Source of the DNA: Tubiluchus corallicola
Lineage: Eukaryota; Animalia; Priapulida
Direction of reading: 5' to 3'
DNA: 64,000 bases
Assembly (NCBI GenBank): GCA_030141605.1
Contig: JAQGDQ010000381.1
Coordinates: forward strand, 159,711-223,710
Made by a program: the position numbers and the translations under genes. Every line of letters starts with the position of its first letter. Within the stretch, counting starts at the first letter, position 1. Positions 47,220 to 61,330 of the stretch are shown here, in pieces. The notes below the pieces were generated by a model. That model was given only the letters and a program-made list of their open reading frames with translations. It had not been told where the DNA came from and made no database searches.

Positions 47220-48930
47220 AGTAAAAAAAATCGTAATTCCCTGATCTTTGAAACCCAATATAGATACTAAAGTTATCGTACTCTCTCGAGTAGAACGCGC
47301 ACTATAGCTAATACATTACACGTGGCGGCAGCCATCTTGGAATCCTACATAGGCGGTGTTATAATGGATGTTTCTAAGCAATAGCTGCGAATTCCTTGAC
47401 CGTCAAATACTTTTTTACACACCAAAGTCATCATCTTATCTGCTCTGGCAACTAGCAATTCTACAACTGGCCTTTATATGTTTGTGACAGAGATCTTGTT
47501 GACTTCTTTGATAGTGACATGATACTAGTCAAATGCCAATAGCCTTTACTAGATACTAAATTCACCATCCTATCTGCTTTAAAGCATGCGATCAGGGCCT
47601 ATTTCAAGGGGGGGGGAAGTGGGGATACTTCCCCGGGGCCTCACCCTCCAGGGGGCCTCGCTCCAAAGTAACTTTTTTTGCTTTATGCGAACATACTGCC
47701 TCCTCTCTCCCTCTCTCTTGCCGCACGCGCGCCGTTTGCCAGTATTGACAAGTATTAAGGACTCGTCTTGAGAATAAAGCAGTTTTTCTTTCAATTGTTC
47801 TTTCCTTTAACAACTGTATAACTCCATATTTTCTCTTCGAAAATGCTTCTCCGGCGTTCTAGCAGTTGAATAATTTTCTGGGCGCCAACCATGGTAGCCC
47901 CCCCCCCCCCGATTGGGCCTCACACGCCCCACTTCCCCGGGCCTCGACTAGGCTGAAATAGGCCCTGCATGCGATATAGCTGACATGGTACACAAGCAGC
48001 TGCAGCCATGTTGGCTGCTACCTTTAAATTCTAAAAAAGTGATGTCAAAATGGCCGCTGCGATTCCAACATAATTGTCTAGCACAACAGTGAAATACTTG
48101 CCCCCCCCCCCATTTCATCTGAGAATTACAGAACTTTGCATGGTGCTAAAATCCATCAAGATAATTAATTCTGAGTATGAAATCAATCGGAAATCATCTG
48201 ATATTGCCGCCATTTTCAAAATGGCCAACAAGATCGATTGCCGTAAAATCATGATCTTATCTGCTCTAACAGTAATTGGCATAATATAGTATTGTAAGTG
48301 GGAATTTTGAAAATGGCGACCAATTTTGTAACAAAAATAACAGAAATGGCTTGCTTAAACCCAGCTACCCTGGAACAGATGTTATCGTCGCTTTGTAATA
48401 CTAACTTTCTGGCAACTTCTTTTCATTTCCCTTATTTACGCAAGAACTTGGTGGCCATTTTGTTTTTTGCATCTTTGACTGCACCTCAAATTTTTCAAGC
48501 TGGCAACAGCTTTTTTGGAATTCAGCATAGTCAAATTGATAAGACTGACTATGTTGCCCCTTTTTGACAAAACGTTTCCAGAACAATATAGTAGCACTTT
48601 TTCGGAATTCTCTTCTAGTCTAGCGGCGGCCATTTCCAAAACATTAGCCATTTTTGAATTGAAAACGAGAAAAGTAGGTTCGTCAGATCCAAAACACTGG
48701 AGTAAATGTCGTAATTTTCTAGGAAATTTGTTTATGTTGTTTGCGCAAAAACTCGAGAGTAAAGTCCCCAGAACTTTGTAGAAGCACCTTTTTGGGAATT
48801 TTTACTCTAGTGGCGGCCATTTTTGAAATAAAATTAACAGCAAAGGATTCCTTAGGTTCAACAAGCTTGAAATAGACGTCATAATTGTTTCTTAATGTTA
48901 ATTTACTGACAATTTTTAGGTCGAGCATTA
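47220..48930. repeat. Degenerate repeat rich in GCGGCCATTTT/AAAATGGC motifs, interrupted by MITE E
   Basis: The motif recurs near 47325, 48047, 48206, 48220, 48311, 48451, 48625 and 48812. Confidence 0.5.
47593..47967. mobile_element. hAT-like MITE family E
   Basis: 8-bp TSD CATGCGAT; TIR CAGGGCCTATTTCA ... TGAAATAGGCCCTG. Confidence 0.9.
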
Positions 48931-50487
48931 TAATGCAAAAACCGCACCAAAACGGCAGGTCAAAACAATCTACTCTTTAAAATATTGAAAGGAAACATAC
49001 CATTATTTCAAAATGACCTACGTGAAAGAATTATTACCACACAAACACAATTTCGCGTTCACGCTACTAGTTCTTTGCTGTTTCATAAAAATACCTGTGT
49101 GTAATTTGTCTATGTCAATAAACTTCAATTGACTAAGTGCCTTAAAAAGTGGAGCTGCACGGCTTCTGTAATCGGAACATGTTACTGACTTTATAGATTA
49201 TTGTATTTACACACAATAAATACACAAAACTATTTATAGTTTCAAAAAGTACTTGAAAAGGACCATTTTTGATGTATACTTATAATACAATTTTAATGAT
49301 TCCATGTCTCATGCAGTCGCAATATATGGCCTCCAATCAATTATAATGCTATTGTAATATAGCTCTATGTAAATGAAACATACACTGTGGTCGTTTCTTC
49401 TCCTCTTTTCCTTCTTCCTCTCCCTAATCTTACTATTTTTTCCATTCCATCATGTCTACTAACCCTAACTATTTTTTCATTCACTCATTTGTGCCACTTT
49501 AACAAGCCAAGCTTTCAATGTGTCATACAGCAACTCTTTTATTTGGTTAATTTGACTTCATCAACGTTTTTTTACCTATACTGTTTCTTTTTGTTTCAAT
49601 AATATTGTATGTTGATGTATTGTATATGTATTGCTGGAGTTAAATAAATTGATTGATTTGATTACATTTTTGGCAAGCAAAAACTATGAAACGGCCCGTG
49701 GTTGCGAATACTCACCGAGTGATCATTCTCAGTGTGAACAGGCTGCGTCCTTTCAACAGTTTGCCTGCGTGAGTAGTTTTTTCATTCTCGAATTTTCTGT
49801 GACCTGCGCGTGACGCCGAGGAAAATTGCTCGATAATTTCGCATGCTCTCTCGCGGGAGAACTCCTGCCTAGGCGGCGCTTTAGTCGATTTAGCAATCTA
49901 ATTGCAAAAATTGGATTTCAAATCTGTCTTCTTTGGGGATTTTTATGATCCGGTCATCAATAGAGAAATTTCCCCTAGCGAACCGAATGGGAGCTTATTA
50001 AATTGCATTTAGTCGTAATGGAATCAATTTTGCACATTGTTTAAACATGAGTAAGTTGAGTATCTGAGTAACTCTAGTGATGCGAAGTAAAAAACTTAAA
50101 TGTCACGTTTGATGTTGCGAAATTCTGCTGACAGTAGAGCTTGTAGTTGTAAATGCACCTTTAAAACCATGCTAAGGACTAACTGTTAGTCAGTCAATCA
50201 GGCAGTTAGTCATTGTAATACATGAATCTTGTTACTTTCTGTGGAAAGTATTTTATGTTTGATTAAATATGAATCAATAAAATAAAAATATATTTAATGT
50301 CGCCTATTTACAATGACAGAACGAACAGCCGAGTGGTGAAGGTGTATGGCCAAGTTAAGCAATAAATAGCCTGCTCAGTATATGGATTGAGCACTGCTTC
50401 TTGGCAGTTTCTTACTATATTGCCTGGCTATTTGAGGAAGGACGTTTAGCCAGTCCAGCGGCTGAAATACTTCTGGTTGTTCAAGAG

Positions 50488-50708
<221 letters not shown>

Positions 50709-51071
50709 CTTTACAGAATTATATAAAACCCAGCGCAAATGGAAAAATATTAAAAAAAGCTTTAATAAAGAAGCTTAATTGACCTTAATTACAACATATT
50801 AGTGTTAATTCAAGCTGCATGTTTTTTGCTGCTTTATGATTATAATGCTATAGACAAACGTACATAGATTTGAACATTGTTTATTTTGATGTTTTAATAT
50901 GGAAAAAATTGGATAATTTTTATATGATGAGAGTTTAAAACTGTAAGAACAAAAAAGGAAGGGTCAGTTAGATAGTGAGCATAAAGACCACGGAGGAGTG
51001 AAGATAAATGTAAGAAAATTCAACATTATCTGGGATATTCTAGTTTTTGTGTCAGAAATCAGTAATGTATT

Positions 51072-51625
51072 ATTAAAGGAAAAGTCAAGCCTTATATGAT
51101 ATTGGGTTATTTCAATGTTCGTAAAAAATGTTAGAAAGATTTAGTAATAAAACTACAATAAGCGTCTCGTGTAATTAGTAAAATCACTTTAAAGTCGCGA
51201 TCACTTCACGCTTGGGCGCCCATTCGTCTTCCAGTGACGTCATTCGCCTTGAAGAAAAGTAGCGGCACTGTCAATCTTCATCAAATGTATAATGAATTTT
51301 TACAAAAAATTAGATAGCTAATTTTGCAACATTTTTGCGTGAACATTAAGTAAGCTGCAGAAGTTTGAATTAGTTATAACAGCGCGCGCTTACGGAAAGT
51401 CACGACGCGCTTAACGGAAAGTCACGAAGCCTCCCAGTTACGTCATTATTTTGAAGTCAACGACGGCAACCACCACGCCTAAACATTTTTATTCACAGGA
51501 AGCATATTTTAAATTTTTACTTTTTAGACAATTTTGTGCAAATTTCTTTGTCATATTTTGCCAAGTGATAACTGTAAAATAAACCCAACATACTGAGTGA
51601 CTTATTCTTTCCGTTAATAAGAAAA
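51072..51625. repeat. Interspersed repeat starting TTAA-AGG (Kolobok-like end); second copy at about 55290-56360
   Basis: Direct homology between the two loci; both start ttaaaggaaa[a/g]gtcaagcc. Confidence 0.6.
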
Positions 51626-51815
51626 ACTGTATATTTTTTATGCTGAGAGTTAGATACTGTAACAACAGTCTAATGCAATTTTAAACTCTGATCTTTTTAT
51701 AGTATCTAAATTGTACAATAGATGGAGGCACGTTTCCTCAGTTCAAATAATTACAATCAGTGAAGATTTCCCTAAAAATCATTTTATTTTTTAATGATCA
51801 CTCACTTTATATTTT

Positions 51816-52409
51816 CAGTGGCTGATTTAGGGGGTGGGCCCAAGGGGCCTGGGCCCTCTCTTGCACAGTAACTGTTTCAACACACCAAATTAACATTTTC
51901 TCTGAATTATAAGCATTAGAACAATTTGCTAAATCCTAAAAGTGCCTTAGATCTGTAAAAATCATATATCGCAAGAAAACAGGTGAAAGTTATGTACATC
52001 ATGTATGTTGTATAGTGTATATCAAAATATTGGTATGTGATTTTGAGTCAAAGGTGAGGTGATACCTGTCTAAATTAGTGAGCTTCCTTGAAGAAATGGC
52101 TTCTAGAAGGCAGAAAAGTGGTCTGAAATGCAGTAAAATGCATTGTTGTCCAGGTGGACCTTGCTGGGGAGCTTACATTGTTCCCAGGACCCCCTAACTG
52201 GGTCTAAGATTAGGTGGCACGTTTTATAAACTAGTGAGGAAGTGGCTTCTTCGAGTAAATGTCTTCTAGAAGGCAGAAAAGTGGTCTGAAATGCAGTAAA
52301 ATGCATTGTTGTCCAGGTGGACCTTGCTGGGGAGCTTACATTGTTCCCAGGACCCCCTAACTGCTTTTCTGTTGGGCCAGCCGTTGTTCTGAAACCTGTA
52401 TCCACCCTG
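51816..52409. mobile_element. hAT-like MITE with an internal direct duplication of about 164 bp
   Basis: CAGTGGCTGATTTAGGGGG ... CCTGTATCCACCCTG degenerate termini; no clean TSD. Confidence 0.5.
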
Positions 52410-53804
52410 ATTTTATAATATGGCTACATTTTACGTGAATTATTTCCTAATAAATTTTTATGTGTGGTCCGTGAACTTTTAGTTCGAAATAATTTTTTTT
52501 AATTATTTACATTTTTTCAGCTAGTATTCTTACCCCCCCCCCACGATGATTTCATACCGAAAGTTTCTAATGTGAGTGAAGCCATGTTTTTTTGCCACCG
52601 TGCTCGTGCTGCTTTTATATTGAGACAAATTCCCAGTTAATAATTATATTTCAAATTGTCTAAGTTCCGGTTCCTCTACAGTCATTCAACAACAGTAACT
52701 TGCCATTGAGTGCTACTGGTTTCCGGTTCATAAGGCGTCGATTTATTTCTAATTCGGAATGCGAAGCATTGGGTTACTCGCTTATCCAACTGCCTGGGTA
52801 TGTAGTTTATACAGTACCACTTAGCGTTGTCATTGATTCCAGTTCATAAATGCCTTAGATAGAACGGTATTTAGCGTTTTTCGTAGCTCCTTTTTTCGTA
52901 AAAATTTAGAATACGAAGTCATTCTACTGCGAAGTCACAATATCAACTATCTAAAAACTTATTACATGAGCAACGAGAACGCGACCAGCTTCACAGCGAA
53001 ACAGATCTGTTGATAAGGTTACATAGCAAGGAAGTAACCCAAATATATATAAAGTGACTTTACCGCCTTATTTGCGTAGGTATAAATCGGTCTATTACGG
53101 TTGGTGTTAGATTAAATCCGGCTTTATCGTTATTTTCTAAAACATTCATTATTAATTGAATTATTATTCTTATTTGTTCTTTTATCTTTTGAGCTTTTGG
53201 TTTCAAAGTTGTTGACAGATCATTGTTTACTTATCATCATTTTTCACTGTTGATTGATTGGATCTGAGAAGCAGACCATGTCCACTAATGGACATAATCA
53301 ATTATGAGTGCAAATATACAGGAAGCTTGCAAAAACCTGCATTATGCATAACGCAAATATCATCACACGTGTTGTAGTAGGCAGCCGAGGTGTGGCGCTG
53401 CAAGCGGGGCGGAGCTGCTCTATGCGGAGTTACCCGTGCTCAGATTCAGACATGTTTCTTCTTATGCTTTCAAAGAGGTTTACATTTTGATACTTTTAGA
53501 AGTTACAATCAGACATGAGTGTTTAACAGTTGTTTTCGTTAGTGAGAATGGAGACTCGATTTTACTGACTCACCGACTGATTTACTTACTTCGCTAGGCT
53601 ACCTGGCTGACTAATAATAGACTGACTGACTGATTACTATAATTCTCTGTAATTCGTACAATTTCCAAACTAAGTTGGCCTACAGCTGAAATTGAAGCAT
53701 TACAGTTTATTTTGCCTCATTAGTGGTTCCCACAAATCAAACCTGCCATCTCGACGCTCGCATAAAGAGACCTTTGCTAAGATTTTTCGAAATAACAAAC
53801 GCTT

Positions 53805-53809
<5 letters not shown>

Positions 53810-53864
<55 letters not shown>
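53810..53864. repeat. (AT)n microsatellite
   Basis: Seen directly. Confidence 0.98.
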
Positions 53865-53867
<3 letters not shown>

Positions 53868-54554
53868 CAATGTGGCGCCACGAATTCAAGTTTTTACATA
53901 ATTTATGGTGGCATTGCCACCATGGAAAAGTTTAATGAAAAACAGGATGTTTTTCATATGCTAGCACCGTGTTTGTGAAAGAGAAAATTGAAGTACAGTG
54001 CTACTGTAAGATATTTGATGCCTTGTACTAAAATTAGACAAGTTCTAAGATGAAAATTCAAATTTCAAATTTACCGCTGTACTCACGCAAGAGCTGTCGG
54101 ACGTGTGCAGTACGTCACAAACTAACACATCTGAACTGAGAGATACAGCAAGTGTTGTTGTGCAATGCATTTCAAAAATGCAGCTGCTTGTGCCCGTCTA
54201 ACTAGCGAATGGTGAAATGCATGTAACAGTGAAGAACTAGTGGTGCGAGCGCGAAATTGTGTTTGTTTGGTAATAATTGTTTTACGTAAGTCGTTTTTGG
54301 AAAAAATAGTTTGTTTCCTTTCAATATTTTAAAGAGTAGATTGTTTTGAGCTACAGTTTAAGATTTGGTCCAGTTTTCCTGCTTTTTTTGCTTTGCACGT
54401 CGTATATTATATGTAGACTTACTGAAAAGTCAAAGACATCAAAACCTGATTTTGATAGGTTCTGATTGGTTTCAAGAAGCCCAGTACATTTTGGTAATAG
54501 AGCAGAGGGCTTCGTGGTCAATCACTCCGGGTAGAATAAACCGTAATTAATTTG

Positions 54555-54979
<425 letters not shown>

Positions 54980-55792
54980 TTAATTTGTTGCTTTACTGAG
55001 AAAATTACAAGGCAAGTCTGCGATTAACGTTTTATTAACATTGCATTTAAAAATGTTACATAATCAAATTGTTAACAATCAACTTAAAACATGTGTTCAA
55101 ATAAATAAGAAACGCTACTAATAATTAGTACAGTCTCCAAAAATGCAAATTATCTCTGAAATTGTCTGACAGTACTTCGTAACACCTGTGCTATAATTTA
55201 TTAGTGTAGGTATTATAGCACACCTGTATTGCTGGCATTTATAATATGATAAGTAGCTGTACAGCTGGACTCAAAATGGTTGCTCGAGTTTAAAGGAAAG
55301 GTCAAGCCTTCTGGAAAGTCGGGTTTATTTCAATGTTTGCAAAAAATCATTTGCGGATCATAATAATAGTGCAATAAGCGCCTCGTGTAACTAGTAAAAT
55401 CACTTTAAAGTTGCGATCACTTCATGTTTGGCCGATCCCATTTTCAATGCCCGTTTTTCTTCCAATGACGTCATTCATCTTGAACAGAAGTAGCGCACTG
55501 TCAATCTTCATTAAAAGTACAGTAAGTTTTTACAAAAAAATACATAACTAATTTTGTAATACTTTTGCACGAACATTAGGTAAGCTGCAGAAATTTGAAT
55601 TAGTTTAAGTAGTGCACGCTTACGGAAAGCCACGACCCGTTTACGAAAAGTCACGAAGTCCCCCAGTTACGTCATGATTTTCAAGTGAATGGCGGCAAGT
55701 ATCACACGTGAAAATTCCTATTCAGAGGTAGTACATTTTAAATTTATGCTTTACAGACAGTTCTTTCCAAATTTCTTTGTTATATTTTTCTA

Positions 55793-56355
55793 AGTTTAAG
55801 TGACAACAGTAAAATAAACCCAACATACTGAGTGATTTGTCCTTTCCTTTAGTACACCACAAGCAGTTTAAGTGATAACAGTAAAATAAACCCAACATAC
55901 TGAGTGATTTGTCCTTTCCTTTAGTACACCACAAACAGTTTAAGTGATAACAGTAAAATAAACCCAACATACTGAGTGATTTGTTCTTTCCTTTAGCACA
56001 CCACAAACAGTTTAAGTGATAACAGTAAAATAAACCCAACATACTGAGTGACTTGTTCTTTCCTTTAGCACACCACAAACAGTTTAAGTGATAACAGTAA
56101 AATAAACCCAACATACTGAGTGATTTGTTCTTTCCTTTAGCACACCACAAACAGTTTAAGTGATAACAGTAAAATAAACCCAACATACTGATTGATTTGT
56201 CCTTTCCTTTAGTACACCACAAACAGTTTAAGTGATAACAGTAAAATAAACCCAACATACTGAGTGATTTGTTCTTTCCTTTAGCACACCACAAACAGTT
56301 TAAGTGATAACAGTAAAATAAACCCAACACACTGAGTGACTTGTGCTTTCCTTTA
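55793..56355. repeat. Tandem repeat of about 72 bp, about 8 copies, inside an interspersed repeat
   Basis: Unit aagtgataacagtaaaataaacccaacatactgagtgatttg...cacaaacagttt; a single copy lies near 51563-51615. Confidence 0.93.
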
Positions 56356-56953
56356 ATTCGGAAAAAATGCCTCAAAAACAAAGTATTACAGAAATAAGAA
56401 AACGCCAGCATATCGTCACATTGCACTTCTGCACATTTCGAAAGCAACAAACAGTCAATTGCTAAACGTAAGTTGGCCAATTTAGATAAACAACATTAAT
56501 TAATAAAATTACTTAGTTAGTGTTAATACCATCTCTTTTTCAAAATAAATTTCATATCAGTGAGAGTTTTTCCCTAAAAAATTAATCGTACTAAAAGAGT
56601 AGCCTTTGGAAAGGGATAAATTATTGTCTCTATAAGCGAATATTCTTGATTTACATAAATTCAATTTCGTCTTGTAACAAAAACAAGAAATTATCACAAT
56701 TCATGTGTTTTATAGCATTGAAAAATAAACCACGCGAAATTTGCATAATTGTCTCAACAATTTTGTTGAATAAAATAACAATGCTTTATAAACTAACCGT
56801 GAATGCATAATAATATTATTATTAAAATAAGTATGTCCATTAGTCTACTAGTCATACTTTAAGCGCGATTTGAGGGTTTATGTAAACCATAACTCGAATT
56901 TGACGAACCCTGTTGCATGGTAGATGGGTTGTTTTATTTGAGTTTAAGACCGC

Positions 56954-57072
56954 CATTGTTCAATAACAATTTTTACATTGTTCAATAACAATGGTTACAT
57001 TGTTCAATAACAATGTTTACATTGTTCAATAACAATGGTTACATTGTTCATTAACAATGGTTACATTGTTCA
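56954..57072. repeat. 22-bp palindromic tandem repeat just downstream of the receptor stop codon
   Basis: cattgttcaataacaatg units, about 5 copies. Confidence 0.9.
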
Positions 57073-57149
57073 GACTTGGTTGCCTCTTTTTCTCTTGTGC
57101 TTATTCATAATAGAATTGTAGATGTCTAGAAATCTTGCTATTTCATCTA

Positions 57150-58394
57150 CTATCGCATGTAATGCTTTCGACGGTATCGACCAAGTAGAATCTTCTGGAA
57201 GGCGCTTCGAAAGTCGGGGCTAAAGATGGTGTAGATCACTGGATTGAGCAGTGAATTGAAATAGCCCAGCCACAGAAACACGCTGACCATTGTCTGGTTC
57301 AGCTCAAACTTGTGTCCGTATAACACCGTGAAGGGTTTGACCACTTCCAAGATGAAGAAAGGCAACCAGCAGATGAGAAAAGAACCGGTGATGATGGCCA
57401 GAGTTTTTGCAGCCTTGCGTTCTTTCTTCACATCGGAAGAAGAACTTTTCTTGATGTGTTTGACCGGTTTTTTTATGAGAGCATCGGTTTTGTTGGGATG
57501 AAGATGCTGCGGGTCATCGGGGGAGAGAGTGTTTCCGGCCGTTGAACCGTTCAAGGTGGATGGTTTCTCGGTGGATGAAGTCTTCTCCGGACTGATGTGC
57601 GCATTAGCCAGATGCGTCAAGTTGGTCATGTCTTGCTGAGAAGAAACCGCGGTGGAGACGGCAGAAGGCGTCACCGGGGGTACCGGACGTGATCCGGGTT
57701 TCTTGCGGATGCGAGACTTGGCCGCTCGATATATCTTATAGTACACTGTTAGCATAACAACCATGGGTATATAAAATGCTCCAAAAGTAGAGAAGAATGT
57801 GTAGCCAATGTCTTGGCTGATCAAACACACATTTGGGTTATGGGCTGTTTCATAATCACGCCAACCAAACAATGGTGCTATAGAAATGGCAGCCGATATG
57901 ATCCACACCATAACGATCATTAGTCCAATGCGCTTTGGTGTCCTTCGATGAATGTAGTCAACGCTGGTGATGGCCCAGTACCGGTCCAATGAAATTATCA
58001 CTAAATGCAGAATGGATGCCGTGCAACACAACACGTCCAGCGAAGTCCACAAGTTGCAGATCTGCCTGCCAAGAAACCAAGTTTGTGTCACCTGGTAGAC
58101 GGCACTTAGAGGCATCACTAGCGCCGCCACCAGCAGATCTGCCACTGCCAGGGACAGAATCAGATGGTTGGCGACGCTTTGCAAGTTCTTCTCCAACACA
58201 ATGGCTGCTATGACAAAAACATTGCCAATAATAGTGAGCAGAATGAGTATGCCAAGGATACAGGACACGACCACAAACTGTGCCAACCCGTGGGTTGGAA
58301 TGATGGACAGCTGAGTTGTTGTCTCATTGGACAGATTTTGCCCGTCGGGAGTCGTTACCGTCACGGTGACGGTTTCATTTATGACAACATTCAT
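57150..58394 (-). CDS. 5-HT1-type serotonin receptor (class A aminergic GPCR), intronless CDS, about 414 aa
   Basis: Seven hydrophobic segments with GNVFVIAAI (TM1), LAVADLLV (TM2), SLDVLCCTASILHL carrying Asp3.32, DRYWAIT, CLISQDIGYTFFSTFGAFYIP, KERKAAKTLAIITG-F--CWLPFF and WLGYFNSLLNPVIY, typical of invertebrate 5-HT1. First in-frame ATG at 58394; a strong acceptor near 58716 implies a 5'UTR intron. Confidence 0.93.
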   Translation of the reverse strand: MNVVINETVTVTVTTPDGQNLSNETTTQLSIIPTHGLAQFVVVSCILGILILLTIIGNVFVIAAIVLEKNLQSVANHLILSLAVADLLVAALVMPLSAVYQVTQTWFLGRQICNLWTSLDVLCCTASILHLVIISLDRYWAITSVDYIHRRTPKRIGLMIVMVWIISAAISIAPLFGWRDYETAHNPNVCLISQDIGYTFFSTFGAFYIPMVVMLTVYYKIYRAAKSRIRKKPGSRPVPPVTPSAVSTAVSSQQDMTNLTHLANAHISPEKTSSTEKPSTLNGSTAGNTLSPDDPQHLHPNKTDALIKKPVKHIKKSSSSDVKKERKAAKTLAIITGSFLICWLPFFILEVVKPFTVLYGHKFELNQTMVSVFLWLGYFNSLLNPVIYTIFSPDFRSAFQKILLGRYRRKHYMR

Positions 58395-59049
58395 TCTGCT
58401 ATACGTTAAGTTCTCATCCAAACCTACAGGTTCTTTACTAACACAAAAAACAGCCAAAGGACATGTCCAAGGACTCTAAAAGGTGCTAATAACTATTTGC
58501 AACAGAAGTATTACACACTGTCCACTATCGACTTTCGAAGAACCTTTTCACGGACATCAACACTACATCATGTACTGTCACATTAGTACTGCTTTCACTA
58601 CAGTGGAAGTATGCACTACATAGAGTACTGTCACATTAGAAACTGTTTTCAACAATGACAAACACTGCTTTAGTGTTCCTTCGAAACTTTGTGGATGAAG
58701 CTTTTTTATCCAAACCTGGAAAAATAAAAAAATATACGTTAATAGGAAGCTTACATATATGCAGTCGTACATATGTCAAAAACTTAAAAATACTAAGTCT
58801 TCGAATGTCTTGTTGTTGATGTTGCTATTGTCATCGTTAATGTCGTCGTGATTGTCGTCGTTCTGGTTGTTATTATTATGCAAAACCTGACTGAGCACAA
58901 TAGACAGTTACATCAGGGTTCCATCATTAAGAGGCAACATACAACAATAATCATGCGTTATACAACAATACAAACAACAATACGTGTCTGTATTGATATC
59001 TACAGACGTATTTATGTGAGGTTGTAACATTGTAGTTTTCAACACTTTA

Positions 59050-59770
59050 GCAGTACTTTACCAGTGCATGTTTCGCCAGTTACACATTTTGCTAGTGCAC
59101 GCTCTGGCATTTGTACACTTCGCCAGTTGAACACTGTCAGGGCCCACTCTGCCAGTTGTACACTTTACCAGTGCATGTTTCGCCAATTACACATTTTGCT
59201 AGTGCACGCTCTGGCATTTGTACACTTCGTCAGTTGAACACTGTCAGTGCCCACTCTGCCAGTTGTACACTTTACCAGTGCACGCTTCGCCAATTACACA
59301 TTTTGCTAGTGCACGCTCTGGCATTTGTACACTTCGCCAGTTGAACACTGTCAGGGCCCACTCTGCCAGTTGTACACTTTACCAGTGCATGTTTCGCCAA
59401 TTACACATTTTGCTAGTGCACGCTCTGGCATTTGTACACTTCGTCAGTTGAACACTGTCAGTGCCCACTCTGCCAGTTGTACACTTTACCAGTGCACGCT
59501 TCGCCAATTACACATTTTGCTAGTGCACGCTCTGGCATTTGTACACTTCGCCAGTTGAACACTGGCAGGACACACTTCGCAAATTGCATACTTTGCCAGC
59601 TACACTTTTGCCAGTGCACACATGGCCATTTGTGCATTTATTCAGTGTACACTTCGCCAGTTGAACACTGGCAGGGCACACTTCGCCAATTGCATACTTT
59701 GCCAGCTACACTTTTGCCAGTGCACACATGGCCATTTGTGCATTTATTCAGTGCACATTTCGCCAGTTGC
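59050..59770. repeat. 107-bp tandem repeat in alternating A/B units, followed by a related duplication
   Basis: Period 107 (59111, 59218, 59325, 59432) with near identity at period 214. Confidence 0.93.
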
Positions 59771-59955
59771 GTATTTTGGCAATTACATACTTTGCCATTG
59801 CACACTTTGCTAGTAAAACCTCTATACGTTGCCATTAATAGTTAATTTAATCCAGTTTATTTCATCTCATGTATATCACATTTCACCAGTGCTCATTTCT
59901 TTGTACACATTACGCCAGCCACCATCACCACTATCATCATCATCATCGCCGCCGC

Positions 59956-59988
<33 letters not shown>

Positions 59989-61330
59989 CATCATCATAAG
60001 TGAGCCAAACACACATAAAATAAGATGCTAATTCTTCCAGTAGAACTAATAAAGCAAGAGCGGAACTCTTTTCCCTGCTAAAGTAATTATTGACAATGTC
60101 GTACGTTGGTAAGACGAGTGCTGGATAAAAGAAAACACCCGCGGAAAGAAAGGCTCATTAGGTGAATCGCATACATACCGGGTGTTACAAAAAAAAACAA
60201 CGTTGTGGAAATATGATGAAATGAACCTTTGTACAATGTTATCAGATTGATGACGTAAAAAATAATAATTACATGGTTCCAATTTTCCTACCTTGGTTTA
60301 ACTTGTTAAAACTCGGGTTAAAGGTCAAGCTCCAAAGATTAAGATTGCTAAGAAACTTTCTAAGATTACCAAGTGAAGTACCAGTAAGAATTACCTTAGA
60401 GAATACCTTCAAATTTTGTGAAAAAAAAACCACCAGACAAACCTAAAACAACTTGAATAGTTAAGATAAATAAAGATGTTCAACAACTTTAACCAAATCT
60501 ATCTTTAGAAGTAGAAGAACTTACACTGTTAGCTGTAGGTAGTAGTGGATGGAATACTCTAATAAATGTTGACCCCCCCCCCCCCAAATGTCTACAATAG
60601 ACGGAATGAGACTTTCACATAACTTGGTATGATCGCACTTAATGGATTATATATATTCTAATATTGCTATGCTTAAAGCTTCTTTCGGAACAACCTGTAC
60701 AAAACGGTAAAATATACAACTGGCAAGAAGTTCATTGGTAAAATGCGCTGATGGTAAAATATTCACGGGCAAATAAGTTTAATTGACGCAGTAAGCGGTT
60801 GCCTGCTCAACCAAGCAGCAATAATTACAACAGCAGTGTGACTATTATATATCACAGGCCAAATAAAAATAAATAAATATTTAAGTAAATAATGATTTTA
60901 TTTCGTACATGGTATACGATTGATGGCTTCTCATAGTAAATGTAGATATAGGATTAATGGCTTCCTTACTAGCTCACAGCGCTCATAAATTATGTTGTAC
61001 AGTTAGAAACCTGAGGGTATTTTTAGTTAGAAGCAACAAGATTTATGGCACTTTTTCATTTGAAAGTTGTCATAAAATTGTCAAAATTTATATATATATA
61101 TATATATAACTAAACAACCAGTGATGTGTACAGCGTGCGTAGCGACCAAAATCAACTTGGTTTAATACAGGCTGTATACACTTTATCTTATGCTGTTTTT
61201 GGCTGTTTACTTTTCAAAGGGAGGATGTATTCACATCCGAAGTGTAACCAACATTGTGACACACCTATCGGTCCAGTGGCTCAATTTAGAAAGATAACCA
61301 CGATAATAAGCGAGACTTAATGCTGGAAAA

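Noticed and set aside
55722-56480. 252-aa Cys-rich repeat ORF
   Set aside because: It is the translation of the 72-bp array inside an interspersed repeat.
58395-58457. N-terminal extension of the receptor ORF
   Set aside because: The track start is a TTG codon; the first ATG is at 58394.
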